Part shown: positions 1 to 9,451 of the stretch, in pieces | How positions within the stretch are numbered: position 1 is the first letter of the stretch | Layout of the letters: every line of letters begins with the position of its first letter | Assembly (NCBI GenBank): GCA_049521795.1 | Contig: JBEKOM010000006.1 | Location: 35,663 to 99,662 of the forward strand | DNA from: Candidatus Bathyarchaeia archaeon | GTDB lineage: Archaea; Thermoproteota; Bathyarchaeia; Bathyarchaeales; Bathycorpusculaceae | Direction of reading: 5' to 3' | Length of the DNA stretch: 64,000 nucleotides | Notes under the pieces: model-generated | Told to the model about the DNA's origin: nothing | Seen by the model: only the letters and a program-made list of their open reading frames with translations | The model's database searches: none | Program-made: the position numbers and the translations under genes

Positions 1-685
1 AGGCAGCCGAATCCTCTACGCGCGTTCCTTTCGGGGCAAGGTCGTCCGCGCCCAAACGGTAGAGCAGAAGTTTGTCTCTAATTGTTTCTCGAACCGCGTT
101 AGCGACCATGAGGGGAAAACGTATCCTGTTCTCCAAGGAACCCCCGTACTCGTCTCTACGTCTGTTCATCAGGGGCGAGAAGAACTGGTTAAGCAGGAAA
201 CCGTGCGCCCCATGAAGTTCTACCCCGTCAAAACCGGCTCTGACCGCGCGATCGGCGGCCACGGCGAACTCTTCTACCAAAGCCTCAATCTCATTTCTTG
301 TCAGTTCGCGGCTTTTGTCCGTTGCAGAGGGGCCCGTAGGCTCTGCGCCGATTATTTTCTCGTTCGCGATACCCCCCGCATGGGTAATCTGTAGAATGAC
401 AGGAGTGTCGACCGCGTGTATGGCGCCCGTAAGCCTCTCTAACCCGTAGATCAACTCGTCATCGTATATGCCTAGCTGCTTTGGACTCAACTTTCCACTT
501 GCAGAAACGTAAGAGTGTTCCACTATGAGCAGGCCTAGAGCCGCTGAACGCCTAACGTAGAAGTTGATGAGCCTGTCAGTGACGGCGCCCTTAACCGTGG
601 CTCGACCCGTCTGCATGGGAGGCATGACTATCCGGTTCCTGAATATCAGATCCTTCACTTTCAGAGGATCAAGAAGCCCCGCCAA
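1..685 (-). CDS. NADH:flavin oxidoreductase (Old Yellow Enzyme family), 3' end runs off the window
   Basis: Manual translation of the minus strand: MAGLLDPLKVKDLIFRNRIVMPPM...QITHAGG...GFDGVELHGAHGFLLNQFFSPLMNRRRDEYGGSLENRIRF, classic OYE motifs. Not in the ORF track because it has no stop in the window. Confidence 0.9.
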   Translation of the reverse strand, partial: MAGLLDPLKVKDLIFRNRIVMPPMQTGRATVKGAVTDRLINFYVRRSAALGLLIVEHSYVSASGKLSPKQLGIYDDELIYGLERLTGAIHAVDTPVILQITHAGGIANEKIIGAEPTGPSATDKSRELTRNEIEALVEEFAVAADRAVRAGFDGVELHGAHGFLLNQFFSPLMNRRRDEYGGSLENRIRFPLMVANAVRETIRDKLLLYRLGADDLAPKGTRVEDSAA

Positions 686-805
686 CTGCCAACACCAAGC
701 AGACTACAGACTGGTCCACGTCTATAAGAGCATATCACAAATGCGATACGAAGATAGCCACAAAAACTTTCAGGGATCCCATTAATCTCGGTTAACTAGC
801 ATTGT

Positions 806-1336
806 CTAAGGGCTTTGCTCGAGTGAATGGTAGAAGACGTATTCTTTTGCTCCTTTCAAGTATCCTCCTTCTTTGTATCCATGTTCTCGAAATGCAGCCA
901 GTGCTGCAGGATGATCAGCATAGAACACGAGGTCAGCATAGCCTTTGCTTTTCATGAAGGTTTCAAAGAAATCTAGGAACTCGTTCCCGTAACCCTTTCC
1001 CCTATATTTCTCGATCAACCACCATTCATGAAGCTCAACAAAGTCTTTCTTATTGCCAAGAAGCTTCCTCAATGCTTCTCTGTCTTCCTTGTTTCTGGGA
1101 TCACCTTTTCTGTGTTCTTCAGTATTGCTTTCATGCCAGACTGCGTGACCCACGATCTTGTTCTTCTCTCTCCAAACGATGAGCTGAGATGGATGCTTGA
1201 TCACAACGTTCATCATGTAGTCGAGATTTTCATCATAGCCATCAGTGAGTCCACCTAACTTCATACGTTCGTAAATGTCACTGTTCCTGTAGTATCTCCT
1301 GAACTCGTCCAAATCACAGCCAACCTCAAATCTCAA
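806..1336 (-). CDS. GNAT family N-acetyltransferase
   Basis: Acetyl-CoA motif A (EKYRGKGYG) and C-terminal AFREHGYK. Confidence 0.75.
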   Translation of the reverse strand: MRFEVGCDLDEFRRYYRNSDIYERMKLGGLTDGYDENLDYMMNVVIKHPSQLIVWREKNKIVGHAVWHESNTEEHRKGDPRNKEDREALRKLLGNKKDFVELHEWWLIEKYRGKGYGNEFLDFFETFMKSKGYADLVFYADHPAALAAFREHGYKEGGYLKGAKEYVFYHSLEQSP

Positions 1337-1890
1337 GGACTAGCTACCCCCTCACCTTTGATCGTTGAAGTTTCTGTTCTCTTTTCTTCATTTTACTAGA
1401 ACCTCATCAGTTCTTATGACTTGTGCCGGTCCGACAATTTAACATCGAAAATCATGTCCAGCCACTGTCAATGTCAATAATGGCATGTAAAGTGGAGCAC
1501 TTACGATTAAAAAAGTCTGCCTTCAGAGTTTGATCTTTGCTTTCTAGAAGTGGAAAATCCAAATATCTAACTGTGGCAGTGTTTCAAACGGTCCTAGCAA
1601 TTGGAAAAGAAACACACAAAGCAAATAGAATGCATCTCTCGTGAAGACAGAAAGAGAGAAGCAAACAAACCTTTGTACCTTGCTAGGTATGAATGAATAC
1701 AATCCTTTCTTACTAATTGAACATATTACACATCCACACATGCATAGGCACAATGACGCACTCCAATACAAACTAGTTTCATTGAAGAGACGAATCCTAG
1801 ATTCCAAATGCATTGTGGAAGCCATTGACTTAATTGGCCTAGAAACCAATGACCTAAACAACCCTGATTTGGGTTCTATTTCGGATAATG

Positions 1891-1967
1891 TGGCGCCGCC
1901 GATAGGACTTGAACCTATGACCGACTGGTTAACAGCCAGCCGCTCTACCTAGCTGAGCTACGGCGGC
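1891..1967 (-). tRNA. tRNA-Asn(GTT), CCA encoded, no intron
   Basis: GCCGCCGTAGCTCAGCTAGGTAGAGCGGCTGGCTGTTAACCAGTCGGTCATAGGTTCAAGTCCTATCGGCGGCGCCA cloverleaf; TATA-like CTTAAATA upstream. Confidence 0.97.
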
Positions 1968-2020
1968 ATTTTTGGAGGATTACAAGTTTTGGGTTTGCAG
2001 CGGTATTTAAGGTTAGTTGT

Positions 2021-3499
2021 CTACGACTTTATGTTGATGCCTGCCTGTTTAGCCTTGTACTTCGCTATGAGCATGAAGACCTTGTAGAATGGTCTGACGG
2101 CGTAGCCTTTCCAGCCTTCGGAAAAAGATATGCCGATCAGGTCGTCAATCCAGTGGAAGTCGTGCTGAACACACTTCGTCAGGAGCTGTTCATGCATTTT
2201 TGTCATCTTCGTTTCTCTGAACCAGTCCTCGTCTTTGAGTCTGCCCATCGGCACAAAGAACAGTGGCACGATGAGGCTTCTACAGTCTCTCACGTCGTCG
2301 AGCAGTTCCATTGTTTTGATGAGGTCGTCTTCGGTCTCCTCTGGAACGCCGACGATGAGTGTGCACGCTGGAACCAGCATGTTGTCATGCATCAACCCCA
2401 TGCCTGTGCGGGCGACTTCTGGCCATTCTTGAGGCTTGAAAGGGTGAGCCTTCGCGGGCATGACCTTGGTTGCAAGTTCTGCTGACCCTGTTTCAAGCCC
2501 TATTTCAACTCCCCACCAGCGCTGCTTCTGCCTCACCATTTCGGCTACCTGTGAGAAAAGCTTCGGCTTTGCTGCTACGGCCGCGAGTGAACAGTGGCTC
2601 CAAGCTATTCCGTCACATTTTTGGAGGACTGCTTCGTGCAGTTTGAGGAGTTTCTCATCGTTTGGCAGAGCGGTTTTTGAACCGTAGAGCATGACATCGT
2701 CCTCGTGGAGGATGACTCCCCTGTTTCCAGCGTTCAGGTTGATGTCTACTTCTTCGAGTATTTTCTCGATCGGGAACCACCTCAACGGTCTCAGTGTCAC
2801 GCTGCAGAACTTGCAGCCTCTGCAGCATCCGCGACCGATCTCCACTAATCCGTTGATTGAAGCGTTGACGATGTTCGGTATCTCTTCGAGGCGCGGCGTC
2901 TCTCCTACGCTGACCTCATAATTCGCTGGGAGGGTCTCACCGTTCATGGCGGTCCTGAAGATCTTTCCAACAACGTTCTCAGCTTCTCCCTCGATTATGC
3001 AGTCTATACCGTATTTCTCGACGAACTTCGGCCTGTAGTTGAGCTGCCAGACGCCCGGACCGCCCACGATGATTTTCAAGCCGCGCTTCTTGGCTTCCCT
3101 GACTTCGGGAAGTTCAAAAAGATGGCGGAAATACTGTGCCAGAAACGGCTCCTTCTTAAGAACGGACGCAAGAGTGCTCGAGGCTGGACCCAGACCGAAA
3201 GGGTCCATAACATGTATCCCAAGGACCTTCGCCCTGTGAATCCACGCGCCGAGATGGTCCGGCGTGACGGTTATCACTTTAAAGCCTTCCTTCAAGAGCT
3301 GGGCCTCAATTTTCCTCAGCCCATACGGCGCTGACACTGGCCTGCCACTCTCCGTCTTGATTGGCGGAAAGAACAGTCGCCGATAGATGAAGTCTGGAAT
3401 AAAGTTTGGTGGAGCACAGGTTCCGAAACCTAGAAATTCGTTCTCACGGTAATCGCTCATCAACGTACTATCAGCGGTTAATAGCACTGTGTCCTCCAA
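2021..3499 (-). CDS. B12-binding-like radical SAM protein (archaeal family)
   Basis: CxxxCxxC (GRGCCRGCKFC), APYGLRKIEA and IIVGGPG N-terminal motifs, GLETGS. Confidence 0.85.
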   Translation of the reverse strand: MEDTVLLTADSTLMSDYRENEFLGFGTCAPPNFIPDFIYRRLFFPPIKTESGRPVSAPYGLRKIEAQLLKEGFKVITVTPDHLGAWIHRAKVLGIHVMDPFGLGPASSTLASVLKKEPFLAQYFRHLFELPEVREAKKRGLKIIVGGPGVWQLNYRPKFVEKYGIDCIIEGEAENVVGKIFRTAMNGETLPANYEVSVGETPRLEEIPNIVNASINGLVEIGRGCCRGCKFCSVTLRPLRWFPIEKILEEVDINLNAGNRGVILHEDDVMLYGSKTALPNDEKLLKLHEAVLQKCDGIAWSHCSLAAVAAKPKLFSQVAEMVRQKQRWWGVEIGLETGSAELATKVMPAKAHPFKPQEWPEVARTGMGLMHDNMLVPACTLIVGVPEETEDDLIKTMELLDDVRDCRSLIVPLFFVPMGRLKDEDWFRETKMTKMHEQLLTKCVQHDFHWIDDLIGISFSEGWKGYAVRPFYKVFMLIAKYKAKQAGINIKS

Positions 3500-3631
3500 A
3501 CGTGTCCCTCTCCAAAGTTCTCGTTACGCTTTTACTAAGATGTCTGCTAGACCTTTAATTCTTCCGTTCCTGCCTAGAAAAGTGTATATGTTCCGTGATG
3601 CAACTAGGCTGAAAGACCATCGGAGAGAAAG

Positions 3632-4198
3632 ATGTTGCAGAAACTCTTGGAAGTCAGATGGCACGGCAGAGGCGGCCAAGGAGCATGGACAGCAAGTGAA
3701 CTCTTCGCCAGAGCAGCCATCGCTGAAGGAAAGTACATTCAATCCTTCCCGGAGTTCGGCCCTGAAAGAATGGGCGCACCCGTGACGGCCTTCACAAGAA
3801 TAAGCACTGAACCGATAAGGCTGCATTGCGCAGTCTACAACCCGGACGTTGTAGCCGTTTTAGACCCGACGTTGCTCAAGACGGTTAAGGTTGCAGAAGG
3901 ACTGAGCGACGAAGGCGGAAACATCATAGTCAACTCAAAGGAAACTCCATCCAACGTGAGAAAGGCGTTGAACACAGACAGGGGAAAGGTCTGGACTGTT
4001 CCAGCATCGGAGATTTCGATGAAAATCCTAGGCTTGCCCATAACCAACACTGCGATGCTCGGAGCCGTGGCACGCGTAACCGGGATAGTCAACCTGGAAA
4101 CCGTTGAGAAAATGATCAGAGAACGTTTCAGACCAGACGTTGCCGAGAAAAACTTCGCCGTCGTAAAGCAGGCTTACCAGGAGGTAAAATCTGAATGA
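3632..4198 (+). CDS. porC: Pyruvate/2-oxoacid:ferredoxin oxidoreductase gamma subunit
   Basis: EVRWHGRGGQGA, FPEFGPERMGAPV, NTAMLGA. Confidence 0.93.
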   Translation: MLQKLLEVRWHGRGGQGAWTASELFARAAIAEGKYIQSFPEFGPERMGAPVTAFTRISTEPIRLHCAVYNPDVVAVLDPTLLKTVKVAEGLSDEGGNIIVNSKETPSNVRKALNTDRGKVWTVPASEISMKILGLPITNTAMLGAVARVTGIVNLETVEKMIRERFRPDVAEKNFAVVKQAYQEVKSE

Positions 4199-4473
4199 GT
4201 TCAAAAGAAAAAACGTGGAAGGAAGTTTCGCCCGCAGGGGTCTGCTGGAAGAGCAGCTTAACATACTTAACCGGAGACTGGAAGTCTTTCACTCCGATCA
4301 GAGACATTAAGAAGTGTACCAAGTGCTTGTTGTGCACACTTTATTGCCCAGACGGCGCGATACACTGGAAACCCGAAAAAGGCGACATCGAATTTGACCT
4401 TAACTTTTGCAAGGGTTGCGGCATATGCGCTAACGAATGCCCAACCAAAGCGATCGCGATGAAGATGGAATAG
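4195..4473 (+). CDS. porD: Pyruvate/2-oxoacid:ferredoxin oxidoreductase delta subunit (2x[4Fe-4S])
   Basis: TGDWKSFTP, CTKCLLCTLYCPD, CKGCGICANECP. Confidence 0.93.
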   Translation: MSSKEKTWKEVSPAGVCWKSSLTYLTGDWKSFTPIRDIKKCTKCLLCTLYCPDGAIHWKPEKGDIEFDLNFCKGCGICANECPTKAIAMKME

Positions 4474-4479
4474 GAGGAT

Positions 4480-5718
4480 ATGACGGTGAAGAGTGCTGTT
4501 AAACAGGAAACTCAGGGCCTGAACGGAGACGAAGCCGTTGCGTTAGCGGTGAAACAGGCAGACGTTGACGTGGTGGCTGCTTACCCGATAACTCCTCAGA
4601 CGATAATCGTCGAGAAGTTGAGCGAATACGTGGCCAACGGCGAAGTTGAAACAGAGTACGTGTGCACAGAATCAGAACACAGCGCGATGGCCGCGTGCCT
4701 CGCAGCGTCAACAACAGGCGCCAGAGTCTTCACGGCCTCAGCATCCGCAGGCTTAGCGTTGATGCACGAAATGCTGTTCGTGACCTCAGGATGCCGTGCG
4801 CCAGTCGTTATGGCAATCGCGAACCGAGCGTTGTCAGCGCCACTGAACATTCACGGTGACCATTCCGACGCCATGGCCGAACGGGACAGCGGCTGGATAC
4901 AGATCTACACTGAAAACGCGCAGGAAGTCTACGACTCAGTGCTCCAAGCCTTCAGGATCGCTGAACACTTGGACGTTCAACTGCCCGTGATCGTGGGCCT
5001 AGACGGGTTCACGTTGAGCCACACGCTCGAGAACGTGCTGACCTTCCCAGACGAGACCGTCAAAGGATTCGTCAAAACTCGCCAGTTTCCAGTCGTGCTC
5101 ACGCATGAAGGAAAAACCGTCCCCTTCAAGCTTGACCCAGAAACCCCCATGACCATGGGACCCATAGCAATGCCGAACTACTACTTTGAGTTTAAACGGC
5201 AACAGGAAGAAGCCATGAAAAACGCGAAACGAGTGATCCAAGAGGTGCATGAAGAGTACGCCCAGCTTAGCGGCCGATCATACGGCGACGGCCTGCTCGA
5301 GCAATACAGGCTTCAAGATGCTGAAGTAGCTCTCGTTTGCTTAGGCTCAACAGCCGGCACCATTAAGACCGTAGTGGACGAGCTCAGAGGAAAAGGCGTC
5401 AAAGCTGGGCTGCTCAGAATCCGAACTTTCAGACCGTTTCCGGTTGAAGAGATCGCTGAGACACTCGGAACTGTGAAGGCAGTTGCCGTCATGGACAGGA
5501 GCATGAGTTTCGGCGGAAGCGGCGGAGCAGTTTTCCATGAAGTCCGCCATGCACTCTACGACGGCTCAGACCGACCTTACGTTGTCAACTACATCTACGG
5601 ATTAGGCGGGAGAGACACGAGCCCCGCTCAGATACGCGCGATTTTCGAGGACTTGCAGAAGATGATTCAAACCAAACGCGTAGGAGACCTAGTGCGATAC
5701 GTAGGATTGAGGGAGTGA
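4480..5718 (+). CDS. porA: Pyruvate/2-oxoacid:ferredoxin oxidoreductase alpha subunit
   Basis: AAYPITPQT, ESEHSAM, NRALSAPLNIHGDHSD, YGLGGRD. Confidence 0.95.
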   Translation: MTVKSAVKQETQGLNGDEAVALAVKQADVDVVAAYPITPQTIIVEKLSEYVANGEVETEYVCTESEHSAMAACLAASTTGARVFTASASAGLALMHEMLFVTSGCRAPVVMAIANRALSAPLNIHGDHSDAMAERDSGWIQIYTENAQEVYDSVLQAFRIAEHLDVQLPVIVGLDGFTLSHTLENVLTFPDETVKGFVKTRQFPVVLTHEGKTVPFKLDPETPMTMGPIAMPNYYFEFKRQQEEAMKNAKRVIQEVHEEYAQLSGRSYGDGLLEQYRLQDAEVALVCLGSTAGTIKTVVDELRGKGVKAGLLRIRTFRPFPVEEIAETLGTVKAVAVMDRSMSFGGSGGAVFHEVRHALYDGSDRPYVVNYIYGLGGRDTSPAQIRAIFEDLQKMIQTKRVGDLVRYVGLRE

Positions 5719-5733
5719 AAAGGAGAAGGAAGA

Positions 5734-6717
5734 ATGGAAATATCCGAAGGAAAATTCACTGCAAAAGACATCGCTGAAAAACCCGAATTGTTCCTGTCAG
5801 GACACAGAGCGTGCGCAGGATGTGCTCCGGCAACGGTGCTGAGGCTCATCATGAAAGCGACAAGAGGACCGACCATCGTTACGAATGCTACTGGATGCAT
5901 GGAAGTTGCTTCAACTATCTACCCGTACTCATCTTGGGCGGTGCCGTGGCTGCACACGGCTTTTGAGACGGCAGCTGCAAACGCTTCAGGAATCGAGGTA
6001 GCGCTGAAGATTCTCAGAAAGAAGGGAAGGATCAAGAACGAACAGATAGACATCGTCGCCCTAGCAGGGGACGGTGGAACCTATGACATAGGCATACAGG
6101 CACTGTCAGGAGCCGTTGAAAGGGGACACGACTTTCTGTTCGTGCTCTATGACAACGAAGCTTACATGAACACCGGCATCCAGAGGAGCGGAGGCACACC
6201 TTACGGAGCATCAACGACCACTTCGCAGGCTGGCTCAGTCGTGCCTGGGAAGCTGGAGCAGAAGAAGCCCATAGCCGACATCATGGTCGCACACGACATG
6301 CCCTACGTGGCAACGGCTTCACCATACTACTGGAAAGACCTGATTCAGAAGACCAGAAAGGGTATCGAAGTGAACGGCCCTGCCTTTCTGCACGTGTTCG
6401 CACCCTGTCCGAGAGGATGGCGAAGCGAATCTTCAAAGTCGATAGAACTTTCGAAACTGGCAGTGGAGACGTGCATTTTCCCACTATGGGAAGCAGTGAA
6501 CGGCGATTACCAACTCTCAATTCCGAGCAAACTCTTCGCACTTGCCCCCCAGAAGAAGAAGCCCGTGAAGGAATACCTGCAGGTTCAAGGACGCTTCAGA
6601 CACCTGTTCACACCGAAAAACGAAAAGGTGCTCGACGAAATTCAACACGTCACAGACCTGAAATGGAACCGACTGCTGAAGAAATGCGGAATCACACAGC
6701 CTGCGCAAGCTAAATGA
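5734..6717 (+). CDS. porB: Pyruvate/2-oxoacid:ferredoxin oxidoreductase beta subunit (TPP binding)
   Basis: GHRACAGC, GDGGTYDIG...DNEAYMNTGIQRS, APCPRGW. Confidence 0.95.
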   Translation: MEISEGKFTAKDIAEKPELFLSGHRACAGCAPATVLRLIMKATRGPTIVTNATGCMEVASTIYPYSSWAVPWLHTAFETAAANASGIEVALKILRKKGRIKNEQIDIVALAGDGGTYDIGIQALSGAVERGHDFLFVLYDNEAYMNTGIQRSGGTPYGASTTTSQAGSVVPGKLEQKKPIADIMVAHDMPYVATASPYYWKDLIQKTRKGIEVNGPAFLHVFAPCPRGWRSESSKSIELSKLAVETCIFPLWEAVNGDYQLSIPSKLFALAPQKKKPVKEYLQVQGRFRHLFTPKNEKVLDEIQHVTDLKWNRLLKKCGITQPAQAK

Positions 6718-6764
6718 AACGCAAGGACTACTTTCCTTTTCTTGTGAGGAACGAGAAGGAAACC

Positions 6765-7541
6765 ATGCGAATAGCCTCCATACGAGACGGTTTCGAAAAC
6801 GCTTTCTGGAACCATGTTAACCAAGACCCACTGCACTACTATTTCTTCATTCTCGACTGGAAGGAACGCCCAGAACAGACGAAAATCTTCTTGGCAATGG
6901 AAGGAAAGAAGATCCAAGGATTGATGCTGGTGTACGTAGACGCCATTGTTCAACTGCGAGGAAACCGAGAAGCCGTGGAAAAACTGCTCGATTCTGTCAG
7001 CTTGGAAAAGGTTGAGCTGCAAGCTCCTCTGGACTGCGAAGACATCGTCACCAGAAAGTACAGTCCTCAGATCAAGTACGAGCTGATGTTGATGACCTTG
7101 AAGAAGGGAGAAGAAAACATACAGGTCAGAACCGACCCTGAGAGACTTGGACCTGAAGATGCAGAAAAAGTTGCAGAGATAATGAGAAAGGCGGACCCTG
7201 AATGGTGGGGCGACATAGCGGTTGAGAACAGGAGAGAGTCGCTGGAAAAGACGTATTGGCTTGGAATAAAACGTGACGCTAAGATCGTTTCGGTTGGCAA
7301 CGCTTGTTTCGCAGATGTTGGAAGCAACATCGGGGTCATAGCCACGGATGAACATTACAGGAACATGGGCTACGCAACTTCAATCGTGTCAGCGTTGGTT
7401 CAAGAAATCCTCAAGAGGTCTCCACCCGCGCTGATTCACGTGCTCAGAGACAACGCGCCTGCCCTACGAGTGTACTCGAAAGTCGGCTACAAGCCTTACA
7501 GACACTATCTTCTAATTCGGGCAGAAAGAATCAAGAATTGA
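6765..7541 (+). CDS. GNAT acetyltransferase (FR47-like)
   Basis: IGVIATDEHYRNMGYA, DNAPALRVYSKVGY; start moved to ATG 6765. Confidence 0.8.
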   Translation: MRIASIRDGFENAFWNHVNQDPLHYYFFILDWKERPEQTKIFLAMEGKKIQGLMLVYVDAIVQLRGNREAVEKLLDSVSLEKVELQAPLDCEDIVTRKYSPQIKYELMLMTLKKGEENIQVRTDPERLGPEDAEKVAEIMRKADPEWWGDIAVENRRESLEKTYWLGIKRDAKIVSVGNACFADVGSNIGVIATDEHYRNMGYATSIVSALVQEILKRSPPALIHVLRDNAPALRVYSKVGYKPYRHYLLIRAERIKN

Positions 7542-7573
7542 AGAAGGCAACGTTCAGAACACTCGCAAGTTTC

Positions 7574-9451
7574 TTACGTTGTCCTGCTCAGATATTTTTC
7601 CACTTCGCGTTCAGCGTTATCTGCTCTTATGAAAATCGGCACGTTTTCCATCCCTGTTGCTATGTAGCTTGAGAGCAGCCATTCTCCTGGAGCGAATTCC
7701 AGCGTTTTCTCGAGGATCCCTTTGTCTATCATGAACGTTTCGCTAATGAGTTGGCGATCGTACGGCCGTGGCAGAGTTCCTACGAAGTACGTGTGAACCT
7801 GCTGCAGCGCGTTCGTGTTCAGATAGGCGATGCGCTGCGTGGCGATGCACACGCCGATGCCGTATTTTCTGCCCTGTCTCAGCAGGGTTTCAACGTGGGC
7901 CGAACACTTGGCGTCTATGCCGCTGGCGGTGCTGGAGATGAACTCCTGCGCCTCGTCGAACACGATGAGGATGTGCGGTTTCACTTGGAATCGCCGTTTT
8001 CTACGGGCGAGCAGTGCTTGAGTCAGGTTTATGGCGAGGTCTTTTATGGCGTACGGGTCGGAGATTGAAATGCAGACGAGCCTCGTCGTCTTGTCTTCCA
8101 GCAGTTCGCGGATTTTTTCAACCGTTAATCCGCCTTTTATGTCGTCTTCTCTGGTCTGTCGCTTCCTGATCAGATCGCTGAGTGAAGACCTGGTCGTTGC
8201 CCACGCGTATAGCCCGCTCTTGTCGCTGACCTTGAACTCCTCAACTGCTGCAGCCGCAACTTGGCTTATGTGTTCCACGAATTCTTCGTCCACTTCTTGA
8301 TTTTCACTTAGCCCGTGCTCTTCGACATACTCCGACGCGGCTGAACTTATCCTGTCTATCGCGTTCATGTAGTGAGGCCTTTCAACAGATGACCTTCTCT
8401 GGTCACCGAGTTCGCTCATAAACTGACCGTACGTTGGAATCTGTTGTCTGGGCTTCACGTAATGGGCCAGCCTGCCCTTGTCGATTATGCGCTGGAGACC
8501 AGACTTGGTTCGCTCATCGGTCTCGAACTCTCTTGGTTTCACGACCGAGTTGAAGAACTGTTCAAGCGAGTCAGTTCTGTATTCCAGGATTACCTTCGAC
8601 GAAACGTTCGGGTCGGCCAGCATGTCCAACAGGAGGAACACGTACTCGCAGCTTATGTCAAAGATCACGACCTTTGCGTCGCTGTTGTGCAGCAGGAGCC
8701 TTCGCAGGATGTTCGACATCAGGTTGCTCTTTCCACCGCCCGTGAAAGCAAAAACACCGAAGTGGTACCGAACCAGCTTCTCAAAATCCACGTATATCGG
8801 TATACTGGTCTTGCTTGCCTCAAACATTTTGATCAGACCCAGTCTGGGGTCCGTTCGCGCGTCTTCCACGGTCTTCGACGTGTCCACGCGGAGCCTTTCA
8901 GCGATTTTTTGGTTGTAGATGCGATTTATCATTTCACTGTTCAGCACGTAGGATGGGCAGCCTACAACCGGGTAGGAGAAGCCTTTCACAAATGTGAAAT
9001 CACACTTACTGTCCAAGACCAGGTCGTAGTTTATGGGTATGGCGTCTATCTGAATCATCATCGTGGTCTTGTCGTTCGTCTGCCAATCGTCTTCAGACTG
9101 TTCGATGATCTCAAACTGCATCGGGTAATAGCCGTGGTCGGAGAGGCCGCGCAGACCGAAGTGTTCGGGCCAGACTCGGCTGAGCTCCATTAGAGTGTAC
9201 CTTTCCAAGCCTTTTTCAGTCTGTTTGAAGTTCCTGACGGCTAGAAGCATGCCCTCTTCCAAGAGTGCCATGAGGTCTTTCTGGTACTCAACCTTGACTC
9301 GGCACTGGTACCGTGCGCTCGTGCCGGCAAGCTTCGTGTCCTCCGTCGTGGCGAAAAACCTTGGGATGACGGCGGCAAGCCTACCGTTGAACCTACCGTC
9401 AAAGTCTGTGAAACACGCCTCGTTAAGTCTACTCTCTTCTTGCGGCTTCAA
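7574..9451 (-). CDS. HerA-family ATPase/helicase (DUF87)
   Basis: N-terminal HAS-barrel-like region, Walker A GVFAFTGGGKS, Walker B IVFDEAQEF, RQGRKYG, ATQR. Confidence 0.88.
   Translation of the reverse strand: MKPQEESRLNEACFTDFDGRFNGRLAAVIPRFFATTEDTKLAGTSARYQCRVKVEYQKDLMALLEEGMLLAVRNFKQTEKGLERYTLMELSRVWPEHFGLRGLSDHGYYPMQFEIIEQSEDDWQTNDKTTMMIQIDAIPINYDLVLDSKCDFTFVKGFSYPVVGCPSYVLNSEMINRIYNQKIAERLRVDTSKTVEDARTDPRLGLIKMFEASKTSIPIYVDFEKLVRYHFGVFAFTGGGKSNLMSNILRRLLLHNSDAKVVIFDISCEYVFLLLDMLADPNVSSKVILEYRTDSLEQFFNSVVKPREFETDERTKSGLQRIIDKGRLAHYVKPRQQIPTYGQFMSELGDQRRSSVERPHYMNAIDRISSAASEYVEEHGLSENQEVDEEFVEHISQVAAAAVEEFKVSDKSGLYAWATTRSSLSDLIRKRQTREDDIKGGLTVEKIRELLEDKTTRLVCISISDPYAIKDLAINLTQALLARRKRRFQVKPHILIVFDEAQEFISSTASGIDAKCSAHVETLLRQGRKYGIGVCIATQRIAYLNTNALQQVHTYFVGTLPRPYDRQLISETFMIDKGILEKTLEFAPGEWLLSSYIATGMENVPIFIRADNAEREVEKYLSRTT

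Noticed and set aside
1340-1890. AT-rich 550-bp gap with GTGGAAA-like words as a possible replication origin; ORFs 1544-1861 and 1641-1952
   Set aside because: No convincing repeated ORB consensus and far from cdc6; the ORFs have no motifs and one overlaps tRNA-Asn.
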